Assembly (NCBI RefSeq): GCF_963921235.1
Contig: NC_086115.1
Location: 17,546,001 to 17,610,000, forward strand
Length of the DNA stretch: 64,000 nucleotides
Origin: Mobula hypostoma
Lineage: Eukaryota
Direction: 5' to 3'
Made by a program: the position numbers and the translations under genes. The notes beneath the pieces are model-generated. The model did not search any database. It saw only the letters and a list, made by a program, of their open reading frames with translations, and was not told where the DNA came from. Numbering within the stretch: the stretch's first letter is position 1; each line of letters begins with the position of its first letter. This document shows positions 12,774 through 25,174 of this stretch, in pieces.

Positions 12774-13232
12774 TCACACCTTGCTATAGAAGGCCACTTT
12801 CTCCCACCGGACTTGTCCCCAGTTGTTGAGCTTGGCGTCGGTCAGTTGCTTGGGCTGGGTGGGGGCAGTGTTCACGTTCAGCGGCGGTCTGCTGTTGTGC
12901 CAATTGCTCAGCAGTCTATTCATATTCTTACTGTCCGTGATGCCCAAGAGTTTGGGCTCTTCCTCCTCCTCCGTGCGGAGTCCCGGGGAGTGGGGAGGAG
13001 CACACCCCCTCCTCATCTCTCCTTGCATCTCCTCGAAGAACTGCTGGACACAGACCTTGGCGAAGTTCCTTGCGTGATCCCTGCAGGTTTCCTCAAAGAG
13101 CTTACGCTCGATGTCAATGTAATGAGACCAATACCTGGTCTTCAGGAAAACGACCTGGGTGAAGCACGGACGCAGGGCTCGGGCCAGGAACGCCAGGAAA
13201 GTGGTCAGCAGCAGGAAACACCAACCCAGGGT
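12774..13232 (-). CDS. CALHM1: CALHM1 coding exon 2 (TLGWCFLLLTTFLAFLARALRPCFTQ...YWSHYIDIERKLFEETC...VAFYSKV*)
   Basis: Minus-strand acceptor ctctctcctctcgcccAG (13233-13235), phase 0. Matches the CALHM1 TM4/C-terminal helix and the terminal SKV. Confidence 0.95.
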   Translation of the reverse strand, partial: TLGWCFLLLTTFLAFLARALRPCFTQVVFLKTRYWSHYIDIERKLFEETCRDHARNFAKVCVQQFFEEMQGEMRRGCAPPHSPGLRTEEEEEPKLLGITDSKNMNRLLSNWHNSRPPLNVNTAPTQPKQLTDAKLNNWGQVRWEKVAFYSKV

Positions 13233-13284
13233 CTGGGCGAGAGGAGAGAGGGAGTCACACGTATACACCATCCCTGAATTACCA

Positions 13285-14190
13285 GCTCCCTCTACACCGT
13301 CCCTCACACACTCCCGGACTCACGCACAGAGTGAAGCTCCATTCCACACTCACGGGGACAGAGAGTGCAGCTCCCTCTACACCGTCTCTCACACACTCCC
13401 GGAGTCAGGCGCAGAGTGAAGTTCCATCTACACCGTCCCTCACACACTCCCGGAGGCAGGCACAGAATGAAGCTCCATCCCACACTCCCGGGGACAGATA
13501 TAGAGTGAAGCTCCATCCCACACTCCCGGGGACAGAGAGTGCAGCTCCCTCTACACCGCCCCTCACACACTCCCGGACTCACGCACAGAGTGAAGCTCCA
13601 TCCCACACCCCCGGGGACAGACATAGAGTGAAGCTCCCTCTACACCGTCCCTCACACACTCCCGGAGGCAGGCACAGAATGAAGCTCCATCCCACACTCT
13701 CGGGGACAGACACAGAGTGATGCTCCATCCCACACCCCCGGGGACAGAGAGTGAAGCTCCATCTACACCGTCTCTCACACACTCCCCGGGACAGACACTG
13801 AGTGAAGTTCCTTCTGGATCTACGCCGTCCCATCACACACTTCTAGGGTCAGACACAGGGTGAAGCTCTGTCCACACCATCCCGTCACACACTCTCGGGA
13901 TCAGACACAGGGTGAAGCTCTGTCCACACCATCCCGTCACACACTCTCGGAATCAGACACAGGGTGAAGCTCTGTCCACACCATCCCGTCACACACTCTC
14001 GGGATCAGACACAGGGTGAAGCTCTGTCCACACCATCCCGTCACACACTCTCGGGGTCAGACACAGGGTTAAACTCTGTTCACACCATCCCGTCACACAC
14101 TCTCGGGATCAGACACAGGGTGAAGCTCCCTCTGCACTGTCCCATCATACATTCCTGGGGCCAGACACAGAATGAAGATCCCTCAACATC
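13285..14190. repeat. Minisatellite (about 35-55 bp variant units, agagtgaagctccctctacaccgtccctcacacactcccggg...) filling the CALHM1 intron
   Basis: Directly visible tandem units. These explain the repetitive pseudo-ORFs in the track. Confidence 0.9.
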
Positions 14191-14293
14191 GTGAACACCT
14201 CCCCTATTGTCCCCGTTCTATCGCTCTTTTCTCGACCATCCCATCTCCGTATACCCCTCACTGCACTCCCTACCTCCGCCTGTCTTGTCTCAC

Positions 14294-14845
14294 CTGGGAC
14301 AGGCAGCGGAGGTAGCGCTGGGCGGCCTCCCGGGAAATGGCTGCCGGCTGGCTGAAGAGATCCTCGCAGGGCAGGGTGGCGAGGAGCCGGCGGAGCTCGG
14401 CCGGCGTCGGGGGCAGGGCGGAGGCGTTGGCGCCGAGCGTGCGGGGGTCCAGGCGCTCGCTGAAGGCGCAGGTAAAGCACTTTCCATCCAGGAGCGTGAC
14501 ACTGAGCCAGACCACGGGGGCGATGAGCGCTCTCTGCAGAGTGGAGCAGAACATGTAGCGGAGCACTGCCCCGTCCTTGGATCGGCGCCCCTCCGGCCGC
14601 CGCCACTCCTCCACCAGCACCGACACGTTGTTGTTGAGCACGAAGCCGAACAGGAGCAGCAGCAGCGGCGGCAGGGTGAAGACGACCAGCGCGTAGGGCA
14701 GGTTGTGGCTGGGCAGGCAGGGGCAGGTGAACTCAAAGCTGGAGTAGACTTGGGCGCTGCTCAGAGCCAGCAGCCCGCACACTCCGTTCATGAAGGACTC
14801 CTGGTTGGACTGCAGGAACTGGAACACCAGCCGGAACTTATCCAT
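14294..14845 (-). CDS. CALHM1: CALHM1 coding exon 1 ([21 protein letters not shown]...CPC...LLDGKC...RYLRCLSQ)
   Basis: ATG in strong context (gacATGg) at 14845 and donor GTgaga at 14293. N-terminus is near-identical to recalled CALHM1 ([21 protein letters not shown]). Spliced protein is 336 aa. Confidence 0.96.
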
Positions 14846-15647
14846 GTCCCCGCACCGATCCTCGATTCTCAATCAACTGGCGCTCTCTCGGTCACATCTT
14901 CCCGTTTCTGACCTATTCCCCTACCGCCCACCGCCCTCTGCCCCCGGCAGTCTCGTCACCGCCGCCTCCCGCCTCTGGGTCTTTGGCGCACAACCCTCCC
15001 TCGGTGAGATGCGCGGATGTCATTGGGTCCGGAGCCTGACCAAAGTAGCCGGCCGTGATGATTGAGCGCCTGTGGGAGGGGCAATACTGAGGGTACGCCG
15101 AGCTGCGGGAGGGCCAGAGCCGGGGGGACGGGAGGGGCAGTACTGAGAGAGGAAGGAGCACTGTGAGAGAGATGACACTGAGGGAGCGCCTCACTGTGGG
15201 TGTGGCAATGAGGGAGCGTTGCGTTGCAGGTGAGGCAGTACTGGGAGAACTTCACCGTGCGGTCATTGTTCAATTTACACGGCCGAGTTTCACATGATGC
15301 CTTCACATCCCCCTGGTTCCCAGTGGGGAGGCGGTGAGAAAACTTCCTGCTGATCATCTATAACATAAATCTTCCACTTCATCCGTGTGACGGTGAGATC
15401 ACTGGCCCGTTTTAATAGAATTTCACTGAGTTTGCCAATGAGCAGATTAATCGCGATATAAACATTAATAAATATTTTCACCTCACGTCCGTGGTCTGTA
15501 ACCTCACAAAAACGACGTGGAACAGACAATGTTGAAAATCGTTTGCAATTCAAGTTCAAGTTGAGGTCTATTGTCATCTGACTGTACATATTAACAACCA
15601 AACGAAACAACGTTCATCCGGACCCACGGTGCACCCACAAAACATGC

Positions 15648-16760
15648 GGGTGGTGTATTAGCATGGTTAACTAATGGAAAGCAGAGAGTTGGGATACATG
15701 GGTTTTTCTCTGGTTGGCAATCAGTGGTGAGCGGTGTGCTGTAGGGGTCGGTGCTGGGCCTGCAACTGTTCACGATAGTATACGTTAACGAACTGGAAGA
15801 GGGGGCCGAGTGTAGTGTATCTAAGTTTGTTGATGATACTAAGTTGAGTGGAAAAGCAAATTGTGCAGAAGATACGAAGACTCTGCAGAGAGATATAGAT
15901 AGGTTAAGTGAGTGGGCAAGGATCTGGCAGATAGAGTACAATGTTGGTAAATGCGAGGTCATCCACTTTGGAAGGAAAAATGGAAGTTTAGATTATTATT
16001 TAAATGGTAAAAGATTGCAGCATGCTGCTGCACAGAGATACTTGGGAGTGCTTGTGCATGGATCTCAAAAGGTTGGTTTGCAGATACAGCAGGCTATCCA
16101 GAAGGCAGATGGAATGTTGGCCTTCATTGCTAGAGGGATTGAATTTAAGAGCAGGGAGGTTATGCTGCAACTGTACAGGGTACTGGTGAGGCCGCACCTG
16201 GAGTACTGTGCGCAGTTCTGGTCTCCTTACTTGAGGAAGGATATACTGGTTTTGGAGCCGGTGCAGAGGAGGTTCACCAGGTTGATTCCAGGGATGAAGG
16301 GGTTAGACTACGAGGAGAGATTGAGTTACCTGGGACTGCGCTCGCTGGAATTCAGAAGAATGAGAGGAGATCTTATAGCAATATATAAAATTATGAAGGG
16401 GACAGAAGATAAAGGCAGGAAAGTTGTTTCCACTGGTAGGTGAGACTAGAACTAGGGGACATAGCCTCAAGATTCGGGGAGTAGATTTAGGACAGAGATG
16501 AGGAGAAACTGCTTTTCCCAGAAGATGGTGAATCTGTGGAATTCTCTGCGCAATGAAGCAGTGGAGGCTACCTCAGTGAATATATTTAAGACAAAGTTGG
16601 ATAGATTTTTGCATAGTAGGAGAATTAAGGGTTCTGGGAAAAGGGCAGGTAGGTGGAGTTGAGTCCATGGTCAGATCAGCCAAGATCGTATTGAATGGCG
16701 GGGCAGGCTCGACGGGCTGGACGGCCGACTCCTGCTCCTGTCTCTTATGTTCTGATGTAA
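15648..16760 (+). mobile_element. CR1 LINE 3' part
   Basis: ORF 15751-16443 has SKFVDDTKL, KCEVIHFG, LVRPHLEYCAQFWSP and RRMRGDLI, followed by a CR1 3' UTR. Confidence 0.92.
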
Positions 16761-16764
16761 CATG

Positions 16765-17400
16765 CACAGCACATAAACCAAAATGTTACCATAAACGAGT
16801 TAGTGAAATATAATTCAAAACACATGTATTGCTCAGCCCAGGTAAACAGTAAACAGTGAATAGCTCGCTGTCCTAGTGACCTTAATGGTGACAGGGTATT
16901 CATGAGTCTCACAGCCCGAGGGAAGCAGCTGTTTCCCAGTCTGGCAGTCCTAGTCCTGGTGCTCCCTTCCTGAAATGAGATCGTGGGATGGGTGGTCGGC
17001 ATCCTCAACGATACTGCGCGGCCCTTTGTCCGCAAAGTTCCCCGTAAATGTCATAAATAGGGGTGGGGTGGTGGGAGACCCCGATGGTCCCCTCGGCGGC
17101 GTTTACTTTCCTCTGTAGGGTCTTGCAGCTTCCGTGCCACCCAGAGAGGACACGCTCAATGGTGATCCTGTAGAATGGGGGTGGGGAGCCTCGCACGCTT
17201 TAGAAAGTGTAAACGCTGCTGTGCCTTATTGACCAGTAAGGAGGTTAGATTGTCCGTTATGTTCTCACCAAGGAACTTTGTGCTCTTCACCGTAGAGTCA
17301 TTGGTGTGCAACGGAGAGTAGTCCTGGACTTCCTGACATCACAATCATCTCTTTTGTCTTGTCCATGTTGACTCAGGTTTTTGTTCTCCCACCATAGGCG
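16765..17400 (-). mobile_element. Rex1/Babar-like 3' fragment
   Basis: Minus-strand ORF remnants FYRITIERVLSGW and TRTARLGNSCFPRAVRLMN. Confidence 0.65.
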
Positions 17401-17794
17401 CCTAACTTCGCCCCTCCGCTTCAGAACACCTCCTCCCCACTCCTGGGGTACCTGCGGACCTTTGTAACTACCTGTGGTTCTGATAAGATGTCATTGACCT
17501 GAGCATTAGCCCCGCTTCTCTCTCCACAGATGCTGCCCGATATAATGAAGATTTTCTACAATTTCCGCCTCTCTTTCCGGTTTCCATCGGAATGACCGAT
17601 TTAACATGGCCGTATCCCCGCTGGCTCTCTAGTATTTTCTTGTAGGCTTTCACGTTGGGTAATATGCCAAATTCTGATTCTGCGAAAATCCATCCCACAG
17701 ACATGAGTTCCTCCGCTGTCCTTACATATAATGCTGCTAAAGTTATTGTTAAAACCCAACGGTACGGGGGGATTAACCGAGGGAGCTCCTTCAC

Positions 17795-18017
17795 GCCGCC
17801 CCTCAGTAACCCCCCTCTCCCAGCACCATGTGTCACTGAATTCATCCCCAGTGACGTTGATCCAGCTCCCTCACCGGCCCTGAGTGACCCCTCTCCCCCA
17901 CCACTATGTGTCACTGATTGTATCCCCACTGACGTTAGTCTAGCTCCCTCACCGGCCCTGAGTGACCCCTCTCCCCCACCGCTATGTGTCACTGATTGTA
18001 TCCCCACTGACGTTAGT
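17795..18017. repeat. 78-bp tandem repeat, about 2.7 copies
   Basis: Repeating ctcaccggccctgagtgacccctctcccccacc..tatgtgtcactgattgtatccccactgacgttag, seen as 26-aa periodicity in ORF 17468-18007. Confidence 0.85.
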
Positions 18018-18565
18018 GCTGCTCACTGCAGCGGTGAAGCAGCGTCTCCACCAGATGTCCCACGGCCCCAAACTTAACTATTATAACTAGTGTAACTAGT
18101 GTAAGAGGAGCCATTTTGAGAACTGGGTTTCTGGGTTGGGATGCGCAGAGACAGGAAGGGTGCGGGAGAGGGGTGGTTGGACCACGACGCCTGGCTGAGT
18201 GAAGGGATTGATGGTGGGCGGAGAGGAACATCAGAATGTCCCTTTGTCCTGAATCAATTCCCAGGATCAAACCTGGTGAAGAGAGATTTCGACACGTTAA
18301 CCTTCATAAAGCAGAGTATATTGAAGTTGTATGAGACGTTGCTGAGGCCTAGTTTGAAGTTCTGTGCGCAGTTCTGGTCACCCTACTGACAGGAAAGTTA
18401 TCAATAAGATTGAAAGAGGACGGAGAAAATTCACTGGAGCGTAGGAGAATGAGGGGAGGTCGATATGAGGGGTATAGACAGGGTAAGTACAGGCAGGCTT
18501 TTTCCAGTGAGGTAAGGTGAGGCTAGAACTAGAGGTCGTACATTTAGAGTGAAGGGTGAGATATT

Positions 18566-19461
18566 GCCATAGTTGCTGCGCAGAGCACAGGAGTACATTC
18601 ATAGATGGTCCCATAGTTGGATGCATCAGCAAGGGAGGTGAGGCTGAGAACAGGGCTACGGTAGGAAACTTTGTCACATGGTGTGAGCAGAATTATCTGC
18701 AGCTTAATGTGAAAAAGACTAAGGAGCTTGTGGTAGACCTGAGGACATCTAAGGTACCGGTGACCCCTGTTTCCATCCAGGGGATCAGTGTGGACATGGT
18801 GGATGATTACAAATATCTGGGGATACGAATTGACAATAAACTGGACTGGTCTAAGAACACTGAGGCTGTCTACAAGAAGGGTCAGAGCCATCTCTATTTC
18901 CTGCGGAGACTGAGGTCCTTTAACATCTGCCGGACGATGCTGAGGATGTTCTACGGGTCTGTGGTGGCCAGTGCGATCATGTTTGCTGTTGTGTGCTGGG
19001 GCAGCAGGCTGAGGGTAGCAGACACCAACAGAATCAACAAACTTATTCGTAAGGCCAGTGATGTTGTGGAGATGGAACTGGACTCTCTGACGGTGGTGTC
19101 TGAAAAGAGGATGCTGTCTAAGTTGCATGCCATCTTGGTCAATGTCTCCCATCCACTACATAATGTACTGGGTGGGCACAGGAGTACATTCAGCCAGAGA
19201 CTCATTCCACCGAGGTGCAGCACAGAGCATCATAGGAAGTCATTCCTGCCTGTGGCCATCAAACTTTACAACTCCTCCCTTGGAGGGTCAGACACCCTGA
19301 GCCAATAGGCTGGTCCTGGATTTATTTCAGAATTTACTGGCATAATTTACATATTACTATTTAACTATTTATGATTTCATTACTATTTATTATTTATGGT
19401 GCAATTGTAATGAAAACCAATTTCCCCCGGGATCAATAAAGTATGACTATGACTATGACTA
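18566..19461 (+). mobile_element. Young Rex1/Babar retrotransposon 3' part inserted into a CR1 fragment (CR1 halves 18290-18565 and 19462-19700)
   Basis: Open ORF to 19308 (NYLQLNVKKTKELVVD, YKYLG, FLRRLRSFNICRTML). AATAAA plus a (tatgac)n tail at 19435-19461. The CR1 sequence rejoins across the insertion (gtgagatat|ttaaggcgaacctgagg). Confidence 0.85.
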
Positions 19462-20129
19462 TTTAAGGCGAACCTGAGGGGGAACTTCTTCACTCAGAGG
19501 GAGTGCGAGTGTTGAACGAGCTGCCGGAAGAAGTAGCGGATGTGGGTTCGGCTGCAACATTTGAGGGAAGATTGGATAGGTACATGGATGGGAGGGCCGT
19601 GAAGGACTGTGGTTCAGGTGCAGGTTGATGGGACTACGCAGAATAACAGTTAGGCAGATACTAGATGGGCCGAAGGGCCCGTTTCAGTGTTGTAATGCTC
19701 TGTCACTTTATGACCATTGCTGGCCCCTGAGAGGGGCAGGAAGAGGGTTGAAGTCTGCACGTACTTGACTGCGCGCACCGAAACTCGCGGCAAAAGTCCA
19801 CCCTGGTTCCCCCGGTTTTTGCTCCCACCCCCACCTCCCCCTGATGGCTTGAGGGAGGAGAGGGTTGGGTTAACGTCACACCGGGGCCAAGTGTGAGATG
19901 TTGTTTCATTGTTGGCTAAATGCTGATGTAATTTGTATTTATTTAAATCTGCTTTGTGAAGTCAGTGTCAAACCGCGAGGTAACATTGCCATTCAATTTA
20001 AATTCCCTCTCAAGGACGCCTTGGACTCTCCAAAGAATTCTCAACAAGGCCACAAAGAGATATGTAAGAAACTAATGCTGAAATCTGGAGTTAAAAAGTG
20101 AGTAACTTTAGGACATAATCGCTACAGTC

Positions 20130-20590
20130 TAATGAACATGTCTTATGAGGATAGGCTGAGCAAGCTCGGCTTTTCTCTTTGGGGTGAAGAGGAATGAGGC
20201 TTGACATCATAAAAGTGAATAAAATAATAAGAGTCATAAATAGCATAGACAGATTCACCCCCTTCCCCACCACCGCCAGGAGGGAAATAGTTAATACAAG
20301 GGGGCATAATTTTAAGCTGCTCAGAGGAAAGTATAGTGGGGGGAGAGAATTCTGAGGCAGGTTTTTTACACAGAGAGTGGTGGATGCACGGAACGTAGAG
20401 CCGGGGGTGGTGGTTGAAGCAGATACATTAGGGAGATGTTGGAGACTCTGAGATAGGCATATGGATGATAGAAAAATGAGGACTAAGAGGGAGGAAAGGG
20501 TTAGATTGATCTTGGAATAGGCTAAAAGTTCGGCACAACATTCTGGGCTGAAAGGCCTGCACTGTGTTGTGATGTTCTACATTCTATATA
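20130..20590 (+). mobile_element. CR1 3' fragment (degenerate)
   Basis: tcttatgaggataggctgag...ttttttacacagagagtggtgg...cggcacaacattctgggctgaaaggcctg. Confidence 0.7.
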
Positions 20591-22399
20591 AGTGACTCAC
20601 CTCCTAATCCTCAGCTCACTGTCCAAGAACTAACGCACTCTGGTCCATTCACCCAGTCCCCTGCTCAGAGGCCTACGGTGACTCTTGCTAACCTGGCCTC
20701 AACTTTACATTGTAATCCTCGTTTCCAAATCCCAGTGTGACCTCACACCTTCCTATCACTGTAATCCACACACAAGTTATCCCATAACCCATTTGGCCTA
20801 CTCCTGCACCTATTGTCTATTGTCTATTGTCCTCCTCTGCTGGGGCTACTTCATCTCTACTTTAAGCCGATCCTCCAAACCTACTTCCTTGACCAAGCTT
20901 TCAATTATCCGCCCAACGTCTATAGTTGGTGCTAACTGGTTGCATCACAACCTGGTATGGAAAGACTAATGCCCATGAAAGGAAAAGTCTTGAGAGTGGT
21001 CGATACAGCCCAGTCCATCACAATCAAAGCCCTCTACATTAGTAATCACATCTACAAGGACCTCTGCCACAAGAAAGCAGCATCCATCATCAAGTACCCC
21101 CGCCATCCAGGCCATGCTCTCTCGTGGTTGAAGGGCAATAACTGTTCCTGAACCTGGCGATGCAGGACCTCAGGTTCCTGTACCAGAGAGGGCAACTTCA
21201 CTCACATCAACACTGAACTGATTTCAGAACCTACAGACTCACAGTCGAGAACTCTACAACTCATGCTCTCAGTATTATACGCGTATACTATTTGCACAAT
21301 TTATCTTACTTTCACATTGATTGACATATCTTTGTTATATACTTTTGCATTTCTTTGTTTTCCTGGAAGACAATGTATCTCAAGGTATTACACGGTAACA
21401 TATACATACTTTGATAATAAGTTTTCTTTATCTTTGACTTTCAAGTATCTCCAGATGCGGCCCAGCATTGTTCCCTTGTCACTATTAACGTTGTTGATGT
21501 TAACACTCAATGTCCGGTTTTAAAGGGCGACAGAATGGAGAGACAGATCTCTGAAGGGGACAGAATGAGATGTGAAGGCAGGTGTAAGAAAGCTGTATGG
21601 TAGTCTAAACACCCCCTCGCTCCACCTGTGGCGTACAATGGCTACAGTGCGTACCGACTGCAAAATGCACTGCATTTACTGACTGAGGTTATGCACCATC
21701 CCCGCCCCCCAGCCTCCAAGCCCACCACCTCTCCCAACAAGAAGGATAAATGCAGCGGATGCAGGGAAACACCAACTGCAGGCTCTCTTTCAAGTCACAC
21801 TGCATCCTGATTTGGAAATATATCACCAGTCCTCTGTCGTCACTGGGCCGAGACACGGGAACTTCCACCCCAACAGCACAGTGAAACGGTGGAAACACCT
21901 TTCCCAGTCAGCTGAAGAAGACAGTACACCCCCACCCCCCATAACCTCCTCAAGAACAATTGGGATGGACAATAAACACCGGCCCTGCAGGTGATGACTA
22001 CGTCATTTGAATAAATGAAAAATAAACCTAAAGAGGATTTGCGCGGGTATTTCTCTGAGGCAAATTAATAGCTGCGACCCAGGGACTGTGACCGTCACTG
22101 CTTGTATTTTTCTGGTTTAAATAGAGACTTTGTTGATTGAATGCAAATTTGCAAATACTAGGCAAATTAACCTGGTCCACCTGCAGGGGATGGTGCTGCA
22201 GTGCCCTACCTACAATCAAGCCAAGTGAATATTCAGAACCACATTTATGTTCCATGCGCTGGTAGCTCCCCAGCATTGGACTTATACAAATGGCATATTG
22301 TTATGCCGTCGGGGTGCTGATTTCAGGGAGACGGCAGCTCCCAGCGACGAGCGTCAACCATGCTGTACTGTGGGAAATGCCTGTATTTTACCGGGATCT

Positions 22400-23690
22400 T
22401 CTCAGAGCAGCAGAATTAGGCCATTCATCCCATCGCGTCTGCTCTGCTATTCCATCATGGCCGATTGATTGTCCTTCTCAACCTCGTTCTCCTGCCTCCT
22501 CCCAATAACCATAGACGCCCATGACCAACCTATCAACCTTCGCTTTAAAAACACCCTATGACTTGGCCCCCGTACCTGTGAATGGCAGTGGACTGAACAG
22601 ATTCACCACCCTCTAGCTGAAAAATTCCTCCTCATCCCTGTTCCAAGTGGACACCTTTCTATTCTGAGACTGTACCCTCTGGTCCTAGACTATTGAAAGC
22701 GTCGTCTCCACATCCACTCATTTTAGGCCCGTCAATATTCGATATGTTTCAATAAGATCACCCCCCCCCCATACAGGAAAGTGTTCAGTTGATGCAGTGT
22801 CTTCATTACATTCTTCAACATTTGGACTCCCCCAACACCTACGTGAGGATCTTGTTTGCGGATTTTAGCTCTGCCTTCAACACTATTGTTCCGGAGTTGC
22901 TTCACAGCAAACTAGCCCAGCTCGCTGTCTGGCTTTCCGCTACACTATCTATCAGTGGATCACGACCTTCTCCACCCACCCTAGAAACCTCCTATTCACC
23001 AAATTGCCAGCAGGGAGTCGCTGCAAATCCATCGCCCTCAGGACCACACGTCACCCCCGAAGCCTCTCCTGTAGCTCCCCAGCTTCTCAACGAAACTCAC
23101 TCGTCCCTGCACAACATCCGTCAAGTGGTCTTTCCAGCTCTCCTTGTTCTGTTAGTCTCTTCATATGTTCATGTTTATTTTAATTTGTTCGTTGACGTTT
23201 GCGCATGAGAATGTTCGTTAATTATTGATTGCTCATGGCTATTGTCTCGTAAACTGTTGGTTGCTATTGTGTTGCTTGTCACGATATTTTCCTGTGTTTT
23301 ATGCTTGGCACCGAGCCACAATCTATTCTGGTATGTTTTACATACTGGCAACAAAGTGATTCTCATTCCTCTAAATTCCGGCGAGTGTAAGCCCAGAGCC
23401 ATTAAGCACGCCTCACATGTTAACCCTTTCATTCCCGGGTAATTCTCGTGAAGCTCATCTAGCGCCTCTCCAATACCAGCTCATCCCTTTTCCGATATGC
23501 AGCCCAAAACTGCTCACAATACTCCAAATGTAACCATTTGACCAATCAGACCATTGCCTTATACATTCTCGGCATTACATCCTTGATGTTATATTCTATG
23601 CCTCTCGAAATGAATGCTAGCATTGCATTTGTCTTCTTTGCCACCAACTCAGTTTGTATGTTAACCCTAATGGAATCCTGCACAAGGACT
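22400..23690. mobile_element. Minus-strand CR1 fragment interrupted by an internally deleted Rex1/Babar copy (+, about 22785-23360)
   Basis: ORF 22789 (HYILQHLDSPNTYVRILFADFSSAFNTI) is Rex1-type RT. CR1 sequence lies on both sides. Confidence 0.7.
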
Positions 23691-25170
23691 GGCAAGGATG
23701 GGTCTGACCCCGTTGCTGCACAGCATTCCCTTGTCCTTTGCTGAAAAGTTCTTCCAGACCAGCACCTTTGACCAGGCAGCGGTCAGCAAGGAACGTCCTG
23801 CAGACACTACAGGAGACGAATTCGATGTGCACAGTGGGGCGGTTTCCCAGTTACTGCATGCCCGAAGCATCACCACACAGCCCTTCCGCCTTGCGGGATG
23901 ACCATGGCGAGGAAGGGACAGTAGCCCGCCTCTTTGCGGACTGTGGGACTGTGGGGTTGCAAAGAGCGTCTGGAGAAACTCCATAGCAGACAGACGAGTG
24001 ACAGAGGACTCTCATCTACGATCTGTTCCCACAGAGCCGAGCATCAAGTGCTGTTGGCAGATCATCAACTGGGTGAAAGAGGCCCCAAACTTGTTGGTCT
24101 GCCACACATCGAGATGGCTGCCAGCGGGCGCATTCCAGGCTGCAGGAGTCCGTGCTGAGGGACACGCTGTAGTTCAGAGAAGTCACCGCAGGGGCTCAAT
24201 GGGGAAGGACGACGGTGTACGGTTGTTCTCCTACTGTAGAGAGAGGGGCTGGGCGGGAGGATTACTGCACGATTCCCATCCCAAATCCCATTCTGGAGAG
24301 TACGTCCCTCAAATACGTGCGCGATATCCAGTCAAAGGCTTTCTCCTGCTCCAAGCTGACTAGCCAGACGTCCACCCGCTGTCCTGCACATTGCAATGGC
24401 GTCCCTCAGCAGCAGGAGGCTGGGAAAGCCCTTCCAGCCAGGTACGGCACGGGTTTGGTCTGGGTGGATCACCTGTCCCAGAACAGAGAGAGGACAGGAA
24501 GTTCTGTGGGGCTGTGGTGCCCGTGGCCTTCCTGTCATACCCTGCAGATCCTCAGTATGTCCGCCACTGATCAGTCCTCACAGCGCTTCCCCTGTGAACC
24601 TTCTGCTAGAAGAAAGGTGAGCACGACCCATCCTTTTCCACGGTGTGGACCCTGGATCGTCAGATGATCTTGGAGGATTCGGCGGCGATGTCCTGGGCTT
24701 GCCCGCCTTCGTAACTCCTCCCTCACGCCCCCCCCCCCCCCTTCACTGCAGGAGGAGAAGGTGCTGGAGCTCTGTCTGGAGCTTACGCGGTTCCCTCTGA
24801 CCCTGCTTCGCTTTCTGAGCCCCTTTGCGGGGCTGCTCGAGGCCGGCCAGCCGCTTGCTCCGCACGGGTGAGCCGGAGCGGAGTGTTTCGGTACAGTAAG
24901 TCTACCACGTGGAGCCCCCACGCCCACCACCACCTTGACTTTGGTGATTGAGAAGTCGCCTCCCCAGAGCTGATTCCCCAGGTCGCTGCGCGATAATCGT
25001 TGCCCCCCACCACACAGATAAACCATGGGGCCACCATCGCGACCAATTCCGGTAGTTGCGGAAAATCACATCAGCCAGGTACCGCAAGACGCTGATATAT
25101 CGCACCGTTCCCCTGACACTGCGCACGTTCAAAGGGGCCAGTTCACGATTCGTCTAGAGGCTTAGATCTT
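23690..25170. mobile_element. Tx1/L1-clade LINE fragments: ORF2 C-terminus on + (23690-24240); endonuclease and RT pieces on - (25140-24260)
   Basis: Plus strand: SARNVLQTLQE, GEEGTVARLFADCG, CCWQIINWVKE. Minus strand: NVRSVRGTVR...WSRWWPHG, LYRNTPLRL, VIHPDQTRAVPG, SLEQEKAFDWISRTYLRDVLSRMGFG. Confidence 0.75.
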
Positions 25171-25174
25171 ATCC

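Noticed and set aside
13304-14194. Repetitive ORFs and a CRISPR-like repeat appearance (also 26645-27365)
   Set aside because: Eukaryotic minisatellite with no unique spacers and no cas genes.
12558-14911. Long plus-strand ORFs (12558-13277, 14207-14911; also 33747-34238)
   Set aside because: Antisense shadows of GC-rich CALHM coding exons.
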